Assembly: GCA_041494705.1 (NCBI GenBank)
Contig: JBGQBI010000002.1
Coordinates: forward strand, 330,001-362,000
Length of the DNA stretch: 32,000 bases
Direction: 5' to 3'
Source of the DNA: Candidatus Methanoperedens sp.
Lineage (GTDB): Archaea > Halobacteriota > Methanosarcinia > Methanosarcinales > Methanoperedenaceae
The position numbers and the translations under genes were made by a program. The notes under the pieces are model-generated. The model ran no database searches. It was not told the DNA's origin and saw only the letters and a list, made by a program, of their open reading frames with translations. Shown piece by piece: positions 27,422 through 32,000 of this stretch (positions are counted from its first letter, which is position 1; every line of letters begins with the position of its first letter).

Positions 27422-28579
27422 ATGAGCGATTACTCTAAAAACACGTTGATGCAGTATATTAAATCAAAACCAGGGGATATTGAGATATGCGATGTGACGT
27501 TAAGGGACGGGGAGCAGACGCCAGGAGTGGCTTTTTCCAAAGAAGAGAAAATCGCAATCGCAGAAAAACTTGATAGTATCGGTATTGAAGTGATTGAAGC
27601 GGGATTCCCAGTTGTCTCACATGCTGAGGAAGCCACGGTGCGTGAGATTGCGCATCTTGGGCTTGATGCCAGGATATGCTGCCTCGCGCGTTCGGTAGCA
27701 AAGGATGTTGATGTTGCGCTCAAGTGTGATGTTGATTTCGTGAGCATTTTTATTGCCACTTCTGATTTGCACCTGAAATACAAGTATCATAAAACGTTTG
27801 AAGAGGCAACGTCATGCGCTCTTGATGTGCTTGATTATGCAAAAGACCACGGTCTTACCGTGCGGTTTGCGGCCGAGGATGCAACGCGGACGGACATGAG
27901 GGTGCTTAAGTCTATCTTCAAGTCTGCAGAAGAACACGGCGCTGATTACATCAGTATTGCAGATACCGTAGGGATATTGAACCCGAGCACCGCGTTTTAT
28001 ATCGTCAGCGAGCTAAAAAAAGAAATTAAGACAAAAATATGCATTCATTGCCACAACGACCTGGGCATGGCTGTGGCGAACACGATAAGCGGGGCAGAAG
28101 CAGGAGCGTTCCAGCTTCATACCACGGTCAACGGTATCGGCGAGAGGTGCGGGAATGCATCGCTTGAAGAGTTGCTTGTAAGTCTCCGAGTTCAGTACGG
28201 TATCGAGAGATATGATGTGAGCCAGTTGATGGGGCTATCAAGGCTGGTGGAACAATATTCCGGTCTTGCGATTCCTCGAATTAAACCCATTGTAGGCGCA
28301 AATGCGTTTGCGCACGAATCGGGAATACATGTAGCTGCCGTGCTTGAGGAACCCATGACCTATGAACTGTTCGCTCCCGAAATGGTTGGCGCGAAGCGGG
28401 AAATAATCATAGGAAAACATACAGGGACAAAAGCATTGAAGGGAGTAGTCCAGAAGATGGGTTATGACCTCACGCATGACCAGATGTGCTCGCTTCTGGA
28501 TAAGGTCAAAAAATGTAGCGAAGCCAAGAAAAAGGTTTCATGCAGCAGGCTGGAAGAGTTCATTAAGGAACTTGAGTGA
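27422..28579 (+). CDS. homocitrate synthase / 2-isopropylmalate synthase family enzyme (AksA-like, short form without regulatory domain)
   Basis: 385 aa. DVTLRDGEQTPGV, HCHNDLGMAVANT and HESGIH motifs of the HMGL-like DRE-TIM family. The length fits the AksA/NifV type rather than LeuA/CimA. Confidence 0.8.
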   Translation: MSDYSKNTLMQYIKSKPGDIEICDVTLRDGEQTPGVAFSKEEKIAIAEKLDSIGIEVIEAGFPVVSHAEEATVREIAHLGLDARICCLARSVAKDVDVALKCDVDFVSIFIATSDLHLKYKYHKTFEEATSCALDVLDYAKDHGLTVRFAAEDATRTDMRVLKSIFKSAEEHGADYISIADTVGILNPSTAFYIVSELKKEIKTKICIHCHNDLGMAVANTISGAEAGAFQLHTTVNGIGERCGNASLEELLVSLRVQYGIERYDVSQLMGLSRLVEQYSGLAIPRIKPIVGANAFAHESGIHVAAVLEEPMTYELFAPEMVGAKREIIIGKHTGTKALKGVVQKMGYDLTHDQMCSLLDKVKKCSEAKKKVSCSRLEEFIKELE

Positions 28580-28608
28580 AAAATTGCTTGATTGAACTTG
28601 AAGGGGGA

Positions 28609-29094
28609 CTATTTCCCCTTTTTCCTGATAATAGCCACATCCCCCAGAGTGGTTCCCCTGATAAACCCTCCTCCGCGCTGGTCCTGTGAGGATAATTTCT
28701 CGGTCAATTTGATGTTTAATGCAGTCTCAAGTTTTTTCCGCACCGCATCTTCAGGTATAAGCTCCTCGCGTTCGATCTTTCGAAGAAGTGTGGCTTTCTC
28801 CATCATTTTTGAGGCAAGCTCTTCGATGGTCAAGCCTAATGATTCCCTTCCTTTCTTGATTATCTGGGCATAATCAGGGTTTATCTCGTCCTGGAGTTTA
28901 TCAAAAACATCTCTTCGCGGCTTATGAGTAACTATCACCCTTTCTGTTGGTGATATTTTCCTTGAAACAGGTGTCCATTTATCCGTAGGTTTCCCATAGT
29001 GAGCGCACTTGCCGCACACATCCAGGACACTCCCTTCAACAGTCACCCGAATAGGGTTTCCCTTTATATCACTGCCGCATATTTCGCATTGCAT
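28609..29094 (-). CDS. mbf1: archaeal multiprotein bridging factor 1 (zinc ribbon plus HTH)
   Basis: N-terminal CEICG...CGKCA zinc ribbon and C-terminal Cro/C1-type HTH (RESLGLTIEELASKM). 161 aa. Confidence 0.85.
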   Translation of the reverse strand: MQCEICGSDIKGNPIRVTVEGSVLDVCGKCAHYGKPTDKWTPVSRKISPTERVIVTHKPRRDVFDKLQDEINPDYAQIIKKGRESLGLTIEELASKMMEKATLLRKIEREELIPEDAVRKKLETALNIKLTEKLSSQDQRGGGFIRGTTLGDVAIIRKKGK

Positions 29095-29151
29095 TACATC
29101 ATCTCGGCGAAAACTCTATATACCGTCTACGCTTAAATATCATTCGATATA

Positions 29152-30390
29152 ATGTCTGAAGCCCAGGAAAATCAGGAAAGTCCGATAGCAATGGGGAACA
29201 ATGATTTTTCCCGCTATTTGATGGACAGGATTAAAACGCTTGAGGAAAGGAACAATCTTCTCAGGGAACAGGCAAACAAAGTTGAAATGGAGAAGCGATT
29301 TACAGAGAGCCAGAACCTCAAATATGAAAGAGAATTAAGGCAGTTAAAAAGCGAACTTGAACGGTTAAAAATGCCTCCTCTGGTTGTCGGGACGGTAGTG
29401 GATGTTCTTGAAAACGGGAAAGTTATAATAAGGAGCAGCACGGGCCCGCAGTTCGTGGTCGGCGCTGCACAATTTATTAACAGCTCAGAACTCATTCCGG
29501 GAGCAGCAGTATCTTTAAATTACCAGACTCTTGCGGTGGTAGGGATGCTCCCCTCTTCCAGAGACCCGTTCATTCACGGTATGGAGGTCATAGAATCTCC
29601 AACAGTATCGTATTCGGATATTGGGGGGCTGGATGAGCAGATCCGTGAGCTAAGGGAAACCGTGGAGTTGCCTCTTACCAAACCGGAAATATTTGAACGA
29701 ATAGGGATTGAGCCTCCGAAAGGCGTATTATTATATGGGGCTCCGGGGACAGGAAAAACGCTCCTTGCCAAAGCCGTTGCAAACCAGACAAAAGCCACAT
29801 TTATCAGGGTTGTCGGGTCTGAACTCGTACAGAAATATATAGGCGAGGGCGCGCGTCTTGTCCGGGATCTTTTTAAAATGGCGAAGGAAAAATCCCCCAG
29901 CATCATATTTATTGATGAGCTTGATTCAATCGGGGCAAAACGCCTCGAGTCTGCAACATCCGGTGACAGGGAAGTCCAGCGCACCCTGATGCAGCTCCTT
30001 TCGGAAATGGATGGTTTCAATCCGAGAGGAAATGTCAGGATTATAGCGGCTACGAACAGGCCGGATATTCTTGATTCTGCACTTTTAAGGCCGGGAAGAT
30101 TTGACCGGTTTATTTCAATTCCGATGCCCAATAAGGAAACAAGGGCTGTGATTTTGAGAATCCATTCAAGGAGGATGAAGCTTTCAGAGAGTGTTGATTT
30201 TAATGAGCTTGCCTCAACTACCGAAGGCGCGAATGGTTCTGATCTCAAGGCAATCGCTATGGAAGCCGGGATGTTTGCAGTACGCGAAGAACGGTGCAAC
30301 GTAGGTATGGAAGATTTCCGCAATGCTATAAAAAAATTGATGATTCCGACTACTAAACCGAACCTGCATTCTGAAGGAATGTTTGCCTGA
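29152..30390 (+). CDS. pan: proteasome-activating nucleotidase (AAA+ ATPase)
   Basis: N-terminal coiled coil, OB region, Walker [16 protein letters not shown], Walker B IIFIDELD, second region of homology [19 protein letters not shown]. Confidence 0.93.
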   Translation: MSEAQENQESPIAMGNNDFSRYLMDRIKTLEERNNLLREQANKVEMEKRFTESQNLKYERELRQLKSELERLKMPPLVVGTVVDVLENGKVIIRSSTGPQFVVGAAQFINSSELIPGAAVSLNYQTLAVVGMLPSSRDPFIHGMEVIESPTVSYSDIGGLDEQIRELRETVELPLTKPEIFERIGIEPPKGVLLYGAPGTGKTLLAKAVANQTKATFIRVVGSELVQKYIGEGARLVRDLFKMAKEKSPSIIFIDELDSIGAKRLESATSGDREVQRTLMQLLSEMDGFNPRGNVRIIAATNRPDILDSALLRPGRFDRFISIPMPNKETRAVILRIHSRRMKLSESVDFNELASTTEGANGSDLKAIAMEAGMFAVREERCNVGMEDFRNAIKKLMIPTTKPNLHSEGMFA

Positions 30391-30411
30391 TTATCAGATG
30401 AAAAATGGACG

Positions 30412-30418
30412 TTTTTTT
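30412..30418 (+). terminator. oligo-T tract downstream of pan
   Basis: T7 run about 20 nt after the pan stop codon. Confidence 0.3.
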
Positions 30419-30526
30419 CGGATTGAATTTAATCGATTTTGTTGGGACTATTGTTGTCTTGTTTCAAATTGTGGTAATCTATTTCATGGTGATTGTGTAT
30501 AGAGTATCAAATCTGCCGAGGCATTG

Positions 30527-30895
30527 ATGGAAACAATTGCGAACATGCTTGAGAAAATACTTAACGACCTGCAAACAGTCGGAGGTATCGAATTTTCCGC
30601 CATTGTTTCGAAACAGGGATTGCTGATGGTTTCTAAGGAGACAGTAGCCGGGTTTAATAGCGAAGCGTTTGCTGCGTTAACAGCTACCCTGTATATGTCG
30701 GCAGAATCAACAACACTGCGTCTTAGCGACCAGAAGCCTAAATCCATCATAGTCGAAACTGAGGATAAACACCTCATAACATATACTGCAGGTCCGGATG
30801 CATTGATTGTGGTCCTGGTTGGAAAGGAGGGGTATATTGGCTTGATTCTTAATGAGTTAAAAAAGGCTGCTGAAAAAGTCAAGAATCTTATTTAA
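30527..30895 (+). CDS. Roadblock/LC7 (MglB-like) domain protein
   Basis: ~122 aa. LQTVGGIEFSAIVSKQGLLM ... alpha-beta-alpha layout typical of Robl/LC7. ATG at 30527 (the ORF track starts at TTG 30524). Confidence 0.7.
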   Translation: METIANMLEKILNDLQTVGGIEFSAIVSKQGLLMVSKETVAGFNSEAFAALTATLYMSAESTTLRLSDQKPKSIIVETEDKHLITYTAGPDALIVVLVGKEGYIGLILNELKKAAEKVKNLI

Positions 30896-30972
30896 AGTTT
30901 TATGAGCGAGAAATCTTTTTATTGGACAATTTTCAACAGTTTAAAATAGTCCGCAGAAAACTATAATAAGAC

Positions 30973-31545
30973 ATGCGACAAAAGCTTATTGGGAATAAAA
31001 TGAGCCTTAAGCTCTTATTATTGATTCTCCTGCTTGCGATAGTCTCAGGATGTATCGCAAAGGAAAATGAGGTAAACAATATGGAAAAGTTTTCTATTTC
31101 ATCGGAGGTGTTTAAAGAAAACGGGATGATACCAGACGAATATACGTGCGAGGGTGAAGATAATTCACCTCCGCTGTCATGGCAAGGGTTGCCGGCCGGT
31201 ACCAAGAGTATCGCATTGATAATGGACGACCCGGATGCTCCCGGGAGGACGTTCGTTCACTGGGTTATTTATAATATCCCGGGAAGCACGCAAAAACTGG
31301 CAAAAGGCATACCAGGGAAAGAAAAACTGGCTGATGGAAGCCTTCAGGGAATGACGGATTTCGGAAGAGCCGGATACGGAGGGCCGTGTCCTCCTCCAGG
31401 GAAGCCTCACAGATATTTTTTCAAAATTTATGCCATTGATAAAATACTTGATTTACCTTCCAAAGCGTCCAAAGAAGATGTGGAAACTGCAATGAAGGGG
31501 CATATACTCGCGAAAGGCGAACTAATTGGCAAATACGCAAGATAG
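30973..31545 (+). CDS. PEBP/YbhB-YbcL family protein with signal peptide and lipobox-like cysteine
   Basis: LLLLILLLAIVSGC signal/lipobox-like segment. PEBP motifs DDPDAP...FVHW and GYGGPCPPPGKPHRYFFKIYA. Alternative start at 31000 (MSLK). Confidence 0.85.
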   Translation: MRQKLIGNKMSLKLLLLILLLAIVSGCIAKENEVNNMEKFSISSEVFKENGMIPDEYTCEGEDNSPPLSWQGLPAGTKSIALIMDDPDAPGRTFVHWVIYNIPGSTQKLAKGIPGKEKLADGSLQGMTDFGRAGYGGPCPPPGKPHRYFFKIYAIDKILDLPSKASKEDVETAMKGHILAKGELIGKYAR

Positions 31546-31617
31546 GTGCATACCGGAATTGCCTTAAATTGTTTCTTTAACACAATTGATATAGGCTTTA
31601 ATGCGTTTAATGGACAT

Positions 31618-32000
31618 ATGAAAACGATCACGATTCGGATTGAAGACGATGTATTCAATAAAATCGAAGAGCTCAGGGGCTTAAAATCAAAGAGTGAATT
31701 TTATCGTAATTTAATTGAAGACTACCTGAATAAATCTGAAGACAATCTGAATAAGACCGAAGACGGCCTGAATAAACGTGAAGACAGCTTGAATATGCAT
31801 GAAGACGGTTTGAATAAACACGAAACCGATTTGAATAAATCTGAATATGTCCAGAATATCCTGAAAGAGAATGAGTCCATGAAAGCGGAATTGGCTCATA
31901 AGCAAGAGCTTTTAAAAATGGCCAATGATTGGATAAACGATATGCGAAACCATGTTGGTTTTCTGCAGTTTGAATATCAAAAAATAAGCGGCAGGCTGGC
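31618..32000 (+). CDS. ribbon-helix-helix (CopG-like) protein with a heptad tandem-repeat region and coiled-coil tail; 3' end outside the window
   Basis: Not in the ORF track because it runs off the window. My translation: MKTITIRIEDDVFNKIEELRGLKSKSEFYRNLIEDY (RHH pattern), then LNKSEDN/LNKTEDG/LNKREDS/LNMHEDG/LNKHETD/LNKSEYV, then ...MKAELAHKQELLKMANDWINDMRNH... Confidence 0.6.
   Translation, partial: MKTITIRIEDDVFNKIEELRGLKSKSEFYRNLIEDYLNKSEDNLNKTEDGLNKREDSLNMHEDGLNKHETDLNKSEYVQNILKENESMKAELAHKQELLKMANDWINDMRNHVGFLQFEYQKISGRL
31726..31872 (+). repeat. 6-7 imperfect in-frame 21-nt tandem repeats (consensus YTGAATAAANNNGAAGACNNN)
   Basis: Units read at 31726, 31747, 31768, 31789, 31810 and 31831, plus a degenerate unit at 31852. 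Each encodes L-N-K-x-E-D-x. Confidence 0.85.

Noticed and set aside
31726-31872. Possible CRISPR array (regular 21-nt periodicity); also the 10-nt phased words at 10176..10300
   Set aside because: The units are contiguous with no spacers, far shorter than CRISPR repeats, and in frame within a coding sequence. No cas genes or leader were seen.
31711-31905. 64-aa minus-strand ORF with periodic IQAVF/IQIVF peptide
   Set aside because: It is the antisense reading of the 21-nt tandem repeats. The plus-strand frame has an RHH N-terminus and continues beyond the repeats, so it is the better coding call.
1-32000. Long antisense ORFs inside strong genes, e.g. 12462..13178(-), 29574..30323(-), 20864..21526(+), 9489..10004(-), 6485..6973(-), 10366..10878(-), 2636..3112(+)
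   Set aside because: Each is fully nested opposite a gene with clear family motifs. Their translations are Ser/Arg/Leu/Pro-rich with no motifs. They are shadow ORFs expected at this GC content.
1-32000. tRNA genes, rRNA genes, C/D-box sRNAs, transposases, integrases and inteins
   Set aside because: I scanned intergenic regions by eye for T-arm GGTTCRAATCC (and its complement), C-box RUGAUGA/D-box CUGA pairs, and for DDE or tyrosine-recombinase-like ORFs. None was found. RFC, PAN and the other large genes have normal lengths, so there are no inteins. A covariance-model scan would be needed to exclude small RNAs.

Overview
Dense archaeal chromosomal window. Gene content points to a methanogen or ANME-like Methanosarcinales-type euryarchaeon: ACDS CdhD/CdhE, beta-RFAP synthase, an HdrB/C-like protein, an AksA-like homocitrate synthase, class I LysRS, PAN, RFC large subunit, aRF1, aMBF1 and a type-A RNase P RNA. 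I call about 38 protein genes, mostly housekeeping. One ncRNA (RNase P RNA, minus strand) is absent from the ORF track and is covered by spurious ORFs. I saw no rRNA, tRNA, CRISPR array, transposase or integrase. Items worth a second look: (1) a four-gene operon where an HdrB-HdrC fusion protein is translationally coupled to a split three-gene archaeal glutamate synthase, with no GltD-like partner in the window; (2) a ~200-nt palindromic, word-repeat element inserted inside that operon; (3) a three-gene minus-strand operon of BlaI-like repressor, short BlaR1/M48-like membrane protease, and an HtpX protease with a perfect EF-hand loop; (4) an AT-rich islet next to the RNase P RNA gene holding an orphan minimal nucleotidyltransferase, an unknown 112-aa protein and a long SAMHD1-like HD phosphohydrolase; (5) a canonical MNT-HEPN toxin-antitoxin pair wedged upstream of guaAA; (6) a partial RHH protein with 6-7 in-frame 21-nt tandem repeats at the window end; (7) a short, tail-less divergent FtsZ paralogue. 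All family calls come from motifs read in the translations and from memory of the families. No searches were run.
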